This document shows, one piece after another, positions 48,020-57,152 of a stretch of 64,000 nt of DNA (position 1 is its first letter; each line of letters begins with the position of its first letter). The DNA comes from Candidatus Tayloriibacteriota bacterium. Its GTDB lineage: Bacteria > Patescibacteriota > Minisyncoccia > Phycocordibacterales > UBA6065. Position numbers and translations under genes: made by a program. The notes under the pieces were generated by a model. The model was not told the origin of the DNA and did not search any database. It saw only the letters and a list, made by a program, of their open reading frames with translations. The stretch covers positions 481-64,480 of the forward strand of contig JACRJQ010000006.1 of assembly GCA_016215405.1 (NCBI GenBank), in the 5' to 3' direction.

Positions 48020-48878
48020 GCCCCGCATAGCATTTTTCGGCACGCCCGACCTCGCGGTCTGGGTCCTCGACGCTCTCAAAGAAAAGGGCGTCGTTCCCGA
48101 CCTCGTCATCGCCGCCCCGGACGCGCCTAAGGGCAGAAAGCTCGTCCTCACCCCTCCCCCCGCGAAGTCATGGGCGGATACGAACAAAGTTCCCGTGCTT
48201 CAACCGGCGAGCCTGAGGACTCCAGAATTCGAAGAAGAGCTTCGGTCGAGGGGCCCATGGGACCTTTTCGTAGTCGCAGCCTACGGGAAGCTCATCCCCG
48301 AGAGCGTGCTTTATATGCCGAAACGAAAGACTATAAACGTACACCCCTCTCTCCTGCCCCTCCTGCGAGGCGCCGCGCCTTTGCAGTCGGCGATCCTAAA
48401 CGACATGCGCGAGACAGGCGTCACCATCATGCGCCTCGACGAGAAGATCGACCACGGACCCATCCTCGCGCAGGAAAAGTCGCGGCTCTCTTCATGGCCC
48501 GTAGACCAAGAGACTCTCGGAAGGCACCTGTCCTCTCTTGGCGGCGAGCTCATAGCGAAGCTTTTGCCGGCCATCCTCTCAGGAGAGGCAGAGGAGATCG
48601 AACAAGACCATTCGAAGGCGACGTATACGGAAAAGATATCCAAAGAGAACGGCCTGCTCGACCTCGAAGGAGACGGTTACAGGAACTTCTTGAAGTGGAA
48701 CGCATACAAAGGCTGGCCGGGCACCTATTTCTTCATAGAAAAGAACGGAAAGAAGACCCGCATATCGGTGACGGAGGCAGGGTTCGAGAAGGGAGGGTTC
48801 GTCCTCAAGAGGGTCATACCGGAAGGAAAGAAGGAGATGTCAGGGGAAGAATTCGAGAGATGGGCAAAGACGGCATAG
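48009..48878 (+). CDS. fmt: Methionyl-tRNA formyltransferase
   Basis: FFGTP, VAAYG, INVHPSLLP..RGAAP, GVTIM..DE..D.GPI. Confidence 0.95.
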   Translation: MTNKPRIAFFGTPDLAVWVLDALKEKGVVPDLVIAAPDAPKGRKLVLTPPPAKSWADTNKVPVLQPASLRTPEFEEELRSRGPWDLFVVAAYGKLIPESVLYMPKRKTINVHPSLLPLLRGAAPLQSAILNDMRETGVTIMRLDEKIDHGPILAQEKSRLSSWPVDQETLGRHLSSLGGELIAKLLPAILSGEAEEIEQDHSKATYTEKISKENGLLDLEGDGYRNFLKWNAYKGWPGTYFFIEKNGKKTRISVTEAGFEKGGFVLKRVIPEGKKEMSGEEFERWAKTA

Positions 48879-48905
48879 AGAAAACGGCGCCCCGCGCCGT
48901 TTTCT

Positions 48906-49070
48906 CTACTTCAATATATCTGCGTACTCTTTGAGGTTATCGCGCTGCTTCTCCTGAAGGAATCCCGTGTCTTTGAACGCCACCGAGATGAAATAGAACA
49001 AGCTGCCTATAAAGAGGAGCGCGAGAGCGCAGAACGACACGAGCTGCTTGTTTATCTTCTGGAGGTTCAT
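48906..49070 (-). CDS. Small single-TM protein (54 aa, not in ORF track)
   Basis: MNLQKINKQLVSFCALALLFIGSLFYFISVAFKDTG...YADILK*; directly after hpf and followed by a terminator. Confidence 0.55.
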   Translation of the reverse strand: MNLQKINKQLVSFCALALLFIGSLFYFISVAFKDTGFLQEKQRDNLKEYADILK

Positions 49071-49078
49071 AGCGCGTT

Positions 49079-49462
49079 CTATTCCGAATCCCTCATCCAG
49101 GGCAGGCCCTTGAGCATGTTCTTGAGCTTGAGGCCGGACCTCCTTACGAAATCTATCTTCTTCGCCTTCTTCGAACGGAGCGCCTCTACGATCTCGTCCT
49201 TCGCCGCGATGATCGCCGCGTAGAGATCCTCCTTCTCTGCTTCCGACCTCAGGCTCCCTATCCTCGAATGGAAGTTTATCTCGGCACGAAAGATCTCGCC
49301 TGACCTATGATGGTTGGTCGACTTTCCGACCTCGATATCCGCGAGGGCGCTGGTATCTGTCGGGTCGACGTACTTATCGAGCGCCTTTACGGCTTTCTCG
49401 ACGGCCGCCTCTATCGCGGGAGTAAGCTCGATCGAAGTCCCTTTGAGTGTTCTTTTGATCAT
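49079..49462 (-). CDS. hpf: Ribosome hibernation promoting factor / RaiA family
   Basis: IELTPAI...K...L.K, F.AEIN, DLYAAI. Confidence 0.85.
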   Translation of the reverse strand: MIKRTLKGTSIELTPAIEAAVEKAVKALDKYVDPTDTSALADIEVGKSTNHHRSGEIFRAEINFHSRIGSLRSEAEKEDLYAAIIAAKDEIVEALRSKKAKKIDFVRRSGLKLKNMLKGLPWMRDSE

Positions 49463-49535
49463 ATCGTTCTTGATTATAGTGATTATAAAGGATTCCTCGC
49501 TCGCTTCCTATACCCCACGAAAGAAGGCGTAAGCC

Positions 49536-49946
49536 CTAGGGAGCGGAAGATGCGCCGAGGGAGCCTATGACGAAGGATCGGAGCCTATTCTCAGGGCTGC
49601 TTTGACCTTTATGCTGGGCGTCGAAAGCCTCGGTACCGTCCTTGCCGCAAAGAGAGAGTACCGCTTCCGCGCCTCCCGGATGCGATCCGATCCAGGGAGT
49701 AAGGTCGTACACCGAACCTCGTATCGCGCTCCAACAGCTCTCCTTCCCTGCGTGCTTTGCGACGTCAAGAAGGGTGTAAATGGATTCCGGAGCCGTAGCC
49801 TCTGCGCCCGAGGGCGAAGGGCTCTTATCCTCGTAAGCGTCCTTCCCGTCATTCGTCCCGAAGGCGATCACCGAGCCAAAGACGAGCGCGATCCCAAAGA
49901 CCGCCGACAGGATGACCTTCAATTTTCTATCCATCGTCTGGTTCAT
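49536..49946 (-). CDS. Membrane-anchored cytochrome b5-like heme-binding protein
   Basis: YTL.DVAKH...SCW.AI.G.VYDLT.W...HPGG......CGKDGT.AF...H. Confidence 0.9.
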   Translation of the reverse strand: MNQTMDRKLKVILSAVFGIALVFGSVIAFGTNDGKDAYEDKSPSPSGAEATAPESIYTLLDVAKHAGKESCWSAIRGSVYDLTPWIGSHPGGAEAVLSLCGKDGTEAFDAQHKGQSSPENRLRSFVIGSLGASSAP

Positions 49947-50011
49947 ATACCCTTATTCTAGCAGAAAGGCGGGCTTCGCTCCCGCGAAGCCCGCCTTACG
50001 ACCCCGCGTCT

Positions 50012-50620
50012 CTAGAGGTCGTTCTCCCTCCTGTACGACATAAGCGCGTTTACCGCATATCCGGCGAGGCCGACGAGCGAAAGGCCGAGCACGACCGCCA
50101 TCCATATCCTCCCCGAACCGAGGCCTGTCTCTGCCGCGGACGCGGATAGATCGGAAGGATCGATGTTCTGAGAGCTATTAAAGGCTATGGCCTCTGCCGG
50201 AGACAGATACCCTATCTCGTCTGCAGCCTCGTCTGAAAGGAACGCCTCGAGCGCCGGGTCGTAGCCTCCGCCGGTGCCCGCCGTCTCGACCGAAGCGAGA
50301 GCGGCGTCATCTATTATCATGACCGCAGACTCACTGCCCCCTGAAGCCGTCATACCCCTGTTGAGGCGAGCCGAGGAGGATCTCCCTCCCCCGCCCGAAA
50401 CCGAAGCATTCTCGGACGCCGCGGACGGTCCGTTCTCGGCCGGACCGTCGCCGCTTACCGAGGCCACCAAAGCTCCGTCGGCGTAGCTCTCCTCTTGGGA
50501 TTGGCCTCCTCCTGACCCTACAGTGCCTCCGACCTCAGAGGCGAGAGCGGCGCCGAAGCCGCTTACGGCGATCGCGGCCGCGAATATCGGTACGAGCGCG
50601 ATTTTGAATGTGCTGTTCAT
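50012..50620 (-). CDS. Exported low-complexity protein with C-terminal TM anchor
   Basis: Signal peptide, Ala/Ser/Gly-rich body, LSASAA then TM and a basic tail. Confidence 0.7.
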   Translation of the reverse strand: MNSTFKIALVPIFAAAIAVSGFGAALASEVGGTVGSGGGQSQEESYADGALVASVSGDGPAENGPSAASENASVSGGGGRSSSARLNRGMTASGGSESAVMIIDDAALASVETAGTGGGYDPALEAFLSDEAADEIGYLSPAEAIAFNSSQNIDPSDLSASAAETGLGSGRIWMAVVLGLSLVGLAGYAVNALMSYRRENDL

Positions 50621-50649
50621 ATGGTTTTCTCTATCTGCTTAATCGCTAA

Positions 50650-53600
50650 TTATTCCTCAGAGCTCTGGATGCCGTAATAAGTTCCATACGAGCCGTTCTG
50701 AGCGCCTGAAGGCACTTTCATCTCGACCTTTATCTGTATCTGAAGGCCGGGAGCGGAAGGATCGAGGTCGGATACGATAGCCATCGGATCGGAATATACG
50801 CCTGCCGCAGCCATGACGATCGGAACGGACGAGCTCGCCTGCTCCGACGATATCCTCATATTGCCTTCCATATCGACCGAAGACACGCCGTTCGTGTGGA
50901 CCCAATCGCCGAACTTCATCCGCACGACCTGTTCGTCCGATGGAACCGTCACGTTGAACGTCCACTCCCAGCCCTGGCCGAATCCGCCTCCCGCCGTCGC
51001 GGTCGATCTGACCTGAGAGATAGAGCTCACGCCGAGAGCGCCTTGCTCCACATCGCCCTCTATCTGACCGTCGGTATAAGAGCCGTTCCCGTTCACGTCT
51101 ATAGCGAGCGCGTTAGGGTCGAGAGCGACGATCGATACCGACTGATTCGCTCCGTTCGTAAGGACGCATGAGATCGGGATCTCTCCTGCTCCGCGGTCGG
51201 GATGTCCTAGGGCTACCACGTAATTGAGCCTATAGAGCCCTGCGCCGAGATTGTCGAGGCTCGTCACGTCTACGCCGTTTATCCTGCAGGCTCCGCCTAT
51301 CGCAAGGTCGGTCTGGTTATGGAACTCCTGGAAGTAGACCCTTCCGACGCCTCCCAAGGTGAGAGTGCCCGAACCAGGGGTGATGCTCGCCCATGCGAGC
51401 TGAGGCGTGGTCGAGCTGTTCTGGTTTCCACCGCTCCCGTCTCCGCCACTAACGTTCTCCCCGTCGATCATCCCATCGTGATCGGTGTCGATCGCTACGG
51501 TATTCGCCTCGGTAAAAGCGCTCACCGTGGTCGTCGCTCCGGCGGAATCTTTGATGACGCAACTGAACGGCACAGTTCCAGGAGCTCTCTCGGTATCGCC
51601 AGGGCCGACAGTGTAATCGACACGATAATGGCCGTTATTGAGGTGTTCAAGAGGCCCGACCGCTACGCCGTTTACTGTGCATGAGCCGCCCAAAGACAGA
51701 CCGGTATCGAACGTCGCCGATTGGAAATGGACGAAGATATGGTCGCCAGCGAACCTCATTCCAGCGTTAGGGTTCGCAAATACGGATGAGAAGGCTATCG
51801 GAGTGGTCGTGGCTGTCGGAGGGGTCGTGGTGCCGTTTCCGCCGCTATTATTCCCGCCATTCCCGCCGCCTCCCTGCTCTGCTATATCGATCGCTACCGT
51901 ATTCGAGTCCGTGAAAGCCGATACGGTGGTCGTCGCTCCCAGAGCGTTCTGGAAGGAGCACGAGACCGGGACCTGTCCTGCTGTCCTCTCTACGTCGCTC
52001 TGTCCAACGGTGTAGACCACCTTATAGAGGCCGTCTGTGAGATTCTGGAACGTGCCCGCGACGCTTACACCGTTCACGGTACAGGCGCCCGCGAGCGTCA
52101 CGTCGGTCGCCGTGCTCGTCGCTTGGAAATAGACCTCGAGATCCGCGCCTACGCCGAGGATACCGGTATTCGGCACAGCCTCGACCTCGATGAACGAGAG
52201 CGCAGGCGTCGTCGTAGCGACCGGCGGGGTCGTGGTGCCGTTCCCTCCCGCATCCTCGATATCGATAGCTAGAGCGTTACCGTCTGTAAAGGCCGAGACC
52301 GTGGTCGTCGCTCCAGCGGAATTTTGGAGCGCGCACGATATCGGTATCTGGCCAGCCGCCCTCTCCGCATCGTTTTGCCCGACGGTGTAGTTGACCCGAT
52401 AGAGCCCGCCTGTGAGATTCTGGAACGTCCCTGCGACGCTCACCCCGTTCACCGTACAAACTCCTCCGAGGGATATGTCGCTCGCGTCGCCCGTCGCATC
52501 GAAATAGACATCGAGCGTAGCGCCCGCGCCGACCGTGCCGCTCGAAGGGACGATGCTTACGGCTTCGATGATCGACGGAGTGGTCGTGGCCCCTCCTTCG
52601 TCATCCATCGCGTCGATGGCGACCGTGTTTCCGTCCGTAAAGGCCTCCGCGTTGAGGACCGGCCCGCCCAACATGCCGATAGAGCACGCTATCGGCACCT
52701 CCCCCGCAGCCCGGCTCTCGTCGTCCGAGGCGACGGTATACGTGAACTTGTAGAAGCCGGCCCCGAGGTCTTCGAACGTCGGAGTCAGTTCGGTATTGTT
52801 CACGTAGCAGACCAGAGGCAAGAAGCCCTCGCTCCCCGATCCCTCTTGAAGGTATATCTCGAGGTCGTCTCCGACGGTAAGCGTGCCCGAAACAGGGTTA
52901 GCGAACACCCCAGCGATGAAATTCGACTCGCCGCCAGTAGGCTCGACGATAGCGCCGTCTCCGTTAGAGTCGATCGCCACTGTATTCCCGTCGGTCCACG
53001 CAGACACCGATGCGGCAATGCCGGAATCTCCGCCAAGCGAGCAGTTGACGGGTATCTCTCCCGCCTCTCTCTCGGCGTCCGTCGACCCGACGGTATAGAT
53101 GAACCTGTAAAGCCCGCCGGAGAGGTCCTCGAAAGTGTCCGAGACGTCGACGTTGTTCACGAAGCATGCCCCGAACGGAGACAGGAAGCTCTGGCCAGGG
53201 GCTTCGAGATAGAACTCTACATCCTGGCCTGAAACGCGAATGCCCGAGCCCGGTACGAGAGACGCCGTGACGGCATCGCCTTCGCCCGAGCCTCCTGAGG
53301 TTATGTCGATCGCCACCGTGTTGCCGTCGGTGAACGAGACCAGGCGCACGGATCCGGTATCGTTCTGCATCGAGCAGTCAATCGGGATCTGACCCTGCGC
53401 CCTCTCCGTATCGCCCGCACCGACCGTGTAGGCTACTCTGTACCTGCCGTTCGACGTATGCGCGAATGTCGATGCCACATCGACTCCGTTCACGTAGCAG
53501 CCGGTAGGGCCGACCGCGAGGTCGGGAGAAGGCAGAGGGTCTTGGAACCAGACGACGAGAGAGTCACCCGCGTCGAGCGTGCCGGAACCCGGCTCAGCGG

Positions 53601-54456
53601 TCGTCGTGAAGCCGAGGGTGTTAGTCCCGTTCGAGATCGATCCATCGTCGTTCGTATCTATCGAGAGGGTATTCCCATCGCTCCAAGGATGTTGGGCGCG
53701 GACGGTGCCGTCCTGATTCCCGAGAGTACAGTCGAGGAGAACCCAGCCCGCGGGCCTTTCTGCGTCGTTCCCGTCGACCGTGTAGGTCACTCGGTAATGC
53801 CCGCCCCCGATGTTCTGGAAAGTGCCGGATACATCGACGTTATTGACCTTGCACGACCCCGCGAGCGAGAGGTTCGTAAATCCATGGGATTCGGTGAACG
53901 TCACCTCTGCGGTGTCGCCTTCGGAGATAGAGCCGGAACTAGGCATTATAGAGACAGAGGAGAGCGAGGGCAAAGTCGTCGTGCCAACGCCTCCAGGCTC
54001 TTCGCTCGCATCTATCGCGACCGTGTTGCCGTCGTCGAACGCCGTGACCGTGACCGTCCCTGTCTGCTGCAGCGTGCAGCTTATAGGGACCTGGCCCGCT
54101 GCACGATCGGTATCGCCTCCGCTTACCGTATATGTGAATTTAAAGTGGCCGTCGGTGCCCGTCGTGAGATTCTCGTAGGTAGAAGTCACGTCGACTCCGT
54201 TCACAAAGCACGAAGGGGACACGACCGGATTCGAGTCGTTAGGATCGAGAGGGACCGTCATATGGACCTCGAGGCTGCCGCCCGGTTCGAGCGTCCCGCT
54301 GCTAGGCGTCGCATATGTATGTATGCCGTTGTTCGCGTGCGCGACGGGGATCGTGTATGAAAATCCAGGGATGCTCGAAGCGGCGAGCGCCACGAGAGTC
54401 AAAAGCGAAAAGGCCTTCTTGAAGGCATTGGGTCGCGAGAGCGTTTTAGTGTCCAT
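50650..54456 (-). CDS. Large secreted protein with nine tandem ~100-aa two-Cys repeats
   Basis: Signal peptide; repeated P.SG.L..G...C.VN.VDV...F.NL..G.Y...YTV...D.ER..G.IP..C.......AFTDGNTVAID. Confidence 0.88.
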   Translation of the reverse strand: MDTKTLSRPNAFKKAFSLLTLVALAASSIPGFSYTIPVAHANNGIHTYATPSSGTLEPGGSLEVHMTVPLDPNDSNPVVSPSCFVNGVDVTSTYENLTTGTDGHFKFTYTVSGGDTDRAAGQVPISCTLQQTGTVTVTAFDDGNTVAIDASEEPGGVGTTTLPSLSSVSIMPSSGSISEGDTAEVTFTESHGFTNLSLAGSCKVNNVDVSGTFQNIGGGHYRVTYTVDGNDAERPAGWVLLDCTLGNQDGTVRAQHPWSDGNTLSIDTNDDGSISNGTNTLGFTTTAEPGSGTLDAGDSLVVWFQDPLPSPDLAVGPTGCYVNGVDVASTFAHTSNGRYRVAYTVGAGDTERAQGQIPIDCSMQNDTGSVRLVSFTDGNTVAIDITSGGSGEGDAVTASLVPGSGIRVSGQDVEFYLEAPGQSFLSPFGACFVNNVDVSDTFEDLSGGLYRFIYTVGSTDAEREAGEIPVNCSLGGDSGIAASVSAWTDGNTVAIDSNGDGAIVEPTGGESNFIAGVFANPVSGTLTVGDDLEIYLQEGSGSEGFLPLVCYVNNTELTPTFEDLGAGFYKFTYTVASDDESRAAGEVPIACSIGMLGGPVLNAEAFTDGNTVAIDAMDDEGGATTTPSIIEAVSIVPSSGTVGAGATLDVYFDATGDASDISLGGVCTVNGVSVAGTFQNLTGGLYRVNYTVGQNDAERAAGQIPISCALQNSAGATTTVSAFTDGNALAIDIEDAGGNGTTTPPVATTTPALSFIEVEAVPNTGILGVGADLEVYFQATSTATDVTLAGACTVNGVSVAGTFQNLTDGLYKVVYTVGQSDVERTAGQVPVSCSFQNALGATTTVSAFTDSNTVAIDIAEQGGGGNGGNNSGGNGTTTPPTATTTPIAFSSVFANPNAGMRFAGDHIFVHFQSATFDTGLSLGGSCTVNGVAVGPLEHLNNGHYRVDYTVGPGDTERAPGTVPFSCVIKDSAGATTTVSAFTEANTVAIDTDHDGMIDGENVSGGDGSGGNQNSSTTPQLAWASITPGSGTLTLGGVGRVYFQEFHNQTDLAIGGACRINGVDVTSLDNLGAGLYRLNYVVALGHPDRGAGEIPISCVLTNGANQSVSIVALDPNALAIDVNGNGSYTDGQIEGDVEQGALGVSSISQVRSTATAGGGFGQGWEWTFNVTVPSDEQVVRMKFGDWVHTNGVSSVDMEGNMRISSEQASSSVPIVMAAAGVYSDPMAIVSDLDPSAPGLQIQIKVEMKVPSGAQNGSYGTYYGIQSSEE

Positions 54457-54767
54457 AATGGCTATGATTTGCTAGCTGATAATCGAGCAATAAAAAAGAC
54501 CCGATACCGAGTCCTCTCTATTAGGGCCAAAACCTGCTGCCGAGGTAAGGTCCAAGACTCCTTTTCCGGCGAAATTTCTGCGCCTCAGCTCTAATACGCG
54601 GATATCGTCCCCCACCGGTTCAAACCACGACTCGCCTCCCACAGAAGCGGAAGAGCCGTCCCGACAGGCCATGAATTACTTCGTCGAACCGGCTTCGTAT
54701 CTATCTATGATGGCCGGAAAACGCATTCCGGCCGAAAGGCGATGGATTATCCATTTAAAGAACGCTG

Positions 54768-55856
54768 ATGAAAACTAAAAGCAAGATAAGCAAAGCGCTC
54801 TTCGCGACAGCAGCCGTCGCTCTCGCGATATCGGGCGCAGGCGCTGCGGAAGCGCAATATTCTACGACGCAATCCGGGTCCACCAGCGGAGCAAGCGCCC
54901 TTTCCCTCCCATTCCTCTCTTCGGGCGACCTCTCGCTCGGATCGACAGGAGACCGCGTCGCGAGCCTGCAAGGCCTCCTTTCAGAGCTCGGCTATCTCTC
55001 GATACCCCGAGGCGTCGCCCCCGGCTATTTCGGGAACCTGACGCAGAGGGCGCTGCGCGACTATCAAGCCTCTCTCGGCCTCTCAGCGACCGGGATGCTC
55101 GACGCGTCGACGAGAACGGCGATAGCTAGCTCGCTTTCGAGCCGGTATCCGACGGTCGCGGCTGCGTTCGGTAGCGGTGGATCGACCGTAGCTACGGGAT
55201 CTACCGGATCTGCGCCTGGAGCTTCGAATCCGGCGGCTTCCGCGAGCATGGGCTATTGGTATAACGGCGCTTGGTTTCCGGTCGCATCGATCCAAGGCGG
55301 AGGATACTACTCCTCGAACCCGGCGGCCTCGGTCGCGTCCTCGAATAGCAGCCTCGGACGCTGGTATAACGGGGTCTGGTACCCGGCATCGAGCGGAAAC
55401 ATAGGCGGAGGCGAGAGCTCGGACGCTGCGGGCACTAATATGGGCGGATATTGGATGAACGGCACATGGTATCCGACCAATCCGAGCTCGCCTGCGGCCA
55501 CGAGCGCCGGAGCGTCATCAGGGGGAGTGAACTTCTCCACGAACCTCACCCCGACCGGATACTGGCATAACGGCACGTGGTACGCTTCTGTCCCTACCAC
55601 CGCGCAAGCGGCAAGCTCTGGTATCGCCGGCTACTGGCAGAACAACGTCTGGCAATCGATAGACGGCACCCAGACGACCTCTTACGGGACTCCTAACCCT
55701 ACGTCCCCTTCGGGTCCGGGCTATTGGCTAAACGGCGTCTGGCAATCGACTGAAAGCTCGTCGACCGCGAACTCTGGCGGCTACTGGTATAACGGGGTCT
55801 GGTATTCGACGAGCTCGTCGAACAACACTTCGGGGCCAGGGACGAACGCTCAGTAG
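54768..55856 (+). CDS. Secreted peptidoglycan-binding-domain protein with seven GYWxNGxW repeats
   Basis: Signal peptide; LSLGSTGDRVASLQ.LL...GY...GYFG.LT..AL..YQ..LGL..TG (PG_binding_1); aromatic repeats in Ser/Gly linkers. Confidence 0.85.
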   Translation: MKTKSKISKALFATAAVALAISGAGAAEAQYSTTQSGSTSGASALSLPFLSSGDLSLGSTGDRVASLQGLLSELGYLSIPRGVAPGYFGNLTQRALRDYQASLGLSATGMLDASTRTAIASSLSSRYPTVAAAFGSGGSTVATGSTGSAPGASNPAASASMGYWYNGAWFPVASIQGGGYYSSNPAASVASSNSSLGRWYNGVWYPASSGNIGGGESSDAAGTNMGGYWMNGTWYPTNPSSPAATSAGASSGGVNFSTNLTPTGYWHNGTWYASVPTTAQAASSGIAGYWQNNVWQSIDGTQTTSYGTPNPTSPSGPGYWLNGVWQSTESSSTANSGGYWYNGVWYSTSSSNNTSGPGTNAQ

Positions 55857-55868
55857 GATCGGTCTGTC

Positions 55869-55900
55869 GAAAAACACCCCTCTTACGAGGGGTGTTTTTC
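55869..55900. terminator. Bidirectional terminator
   Basis: GAAAAACACCCCTC-TTAC-GAGGGGTGTTTTTC between convergent genes. Confidence 0.8.
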
Positions 55901-55907
55901 ATGTCCG

Positions 55908-56303
55908 CTATCTCTCGAGATATCCCTTCACCTTCTTCACTATCTCGTCTATCTTCGTATCGGCCTTTACGAGATACTCGGCCGCGCCCAGCTCGACCCC
56001 CTTTTTCGCGTCGGTCTCCTGCCCGAGGTTCGTGAGCACGATCACCGAGACCGACTTCGATCGCGGATCGGACTTTATGTCTTTGAGCACTTCGAATCCG
56101 TTCTTTTTCGGAAGCATGAGATCGAGGAGGACGAGGGCCGGCATCGAATCTGACGAGCGCAGGGTCTTTATGGCCTCTTCGCCGTCCATTGCGAACTTGA
56201 CGTCGATGGATTCATGCGCGAATTTGGCCGCATACGCCTTGTTGATGTATACGTCGTCCTCGACTATCAAGACCCAGCTCTTTTTCGTTGATCTCTCTGC
56301 CAT
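55908..56303 (-). CDS. Single-domain response regulator (receiver)
   Basis: LIVEDD, LLDLMLP..NG, LTN, YLVK. Confidence 0.92.
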   Translation of the reverse strand: MAERSTKKSWVLIVEDDVYINKAYAAKFAHESIDVKFAMDGEEAIKTLRSSDSMPALVLLDLMLPKKNGFEVLKDIKSDPRSKSVSVIVLTNLGQETDAKKGVELGAAEYLVKADTKIDEIVKKVKGYLER

Positions 56304-56305
56304 GT

Positions 56306-56692
56306 TCAGTTTGTTAATCTATCGAGTATCCCTTTCACCTTCGCCGTTATCGCGTCGATAGTATACTCGCTCTTGATAACGTAGTCGATGACGTTCATGG
56401 AGAACGCTTGCTTTATCTTCGCTTCGCCGCCTGAGACGGAGACGATGATCACAGGAAGGTCTTTAAGCCTCTCGTCGCCTCGGATCGTCCTGAGGACTTC
56501 GAGGCCGTTCATCCCCGGCAAAAGCAGGTCGAGCCAGACGAGGTCGGGGCGCACGGTCTTTAGGATCTCGAGCCCCTCTTCGCCGCTGCCGGCAGGGACG
56601 ACGTCTACACCCGCTTTTTCGAGCTTGAGCTTCGCCGCCTCCTGCAAGGCGGGCTCGTCTTCTATAAGGAGTATTTTTCTCTTCGTTTCCAT
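56306..56692 (-). CDS. Single-domain response regulator (receiver)
   Basis: LLIEDE, WLDLLLPGMNG, VS, YVIK. Confidence 0.92.
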   Translation of the reverse strand: METKRKILLIEDEPALQEAAKLKLEKAGVDVVPAGSGEEGLEILKTVRPDLVWLDLLLPGMNGLEVLRTIRGDERLKDLPVIIVSVSGGEAKIKQAFSMNVIDYVIKSEYTIDAITAKVKGILDRLTN

Positions 56693-56693
56693 G

Positions 56694-57083
56694 CTATTTC
56701 TTGTGAGGATTCGGCAAAAGGCTATCTATCTTCTTTACTATGTCCTCGAGGCGGTACTGGCTCTTCACTATATAATCGACGACATTGAGCTGGAACGCAT
56801 GCTGCACCTTTTCTGGGCTCGCTGATACCGAGACGATGATGACGGGAAGGTTTTTGAACTTATCCTCCTTACGCAGGCGCTCTAGGAATTGGAACCCGCC
56901 CATCCCCGGCAAAAGCAGGTCGAGCCAGACGAGGTCGGGGGTATGGAATTCGAGTATCTCGAGCCCTTCCTCGGCCGTCATAGCCGAGAGAACGGCGAAA
57001 CCGCTGCTCGCGAGCTTCGTCCGGATCGCGTCGCGGAGAGACTCTTCGTCTTCTATGACAAGGATTACAGGTTTTTTATCCAT
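56694..57083 (-). CDS. Single-domain response regulator (receiver)
   Basis: LVIEDE, WLDLLLPGMGG, VS, YIVK. Confidence 0.92.
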   Translation of the reverse strand: MDKKPVILVIEDEESLRDAIRTKLASSGFAVLSAMTAEEGLEILEFHTPDLVWLDLLLPGMGGFQFLERLRKEDKFKNLPVIIVSVSASPEKVQHAFQLNVVDYIVKSQYRLEDIVKKIDSLLPNPHKK

Positions 57084-57152
57084 TGAATGCGCTGTTTGAA
57101 CCTAATTATGCCTTAAAAACGAAAGCGGCGGGTCGGGCGATTATCCCCATGC

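Noticed and set aside
50650-55856. Diversity-generating retroelement or shufflon acting on the repeat proteins
   Set aside because: No reverse transcriptase or recombinase in the window, and no adenine-specific TR/VR pair seen
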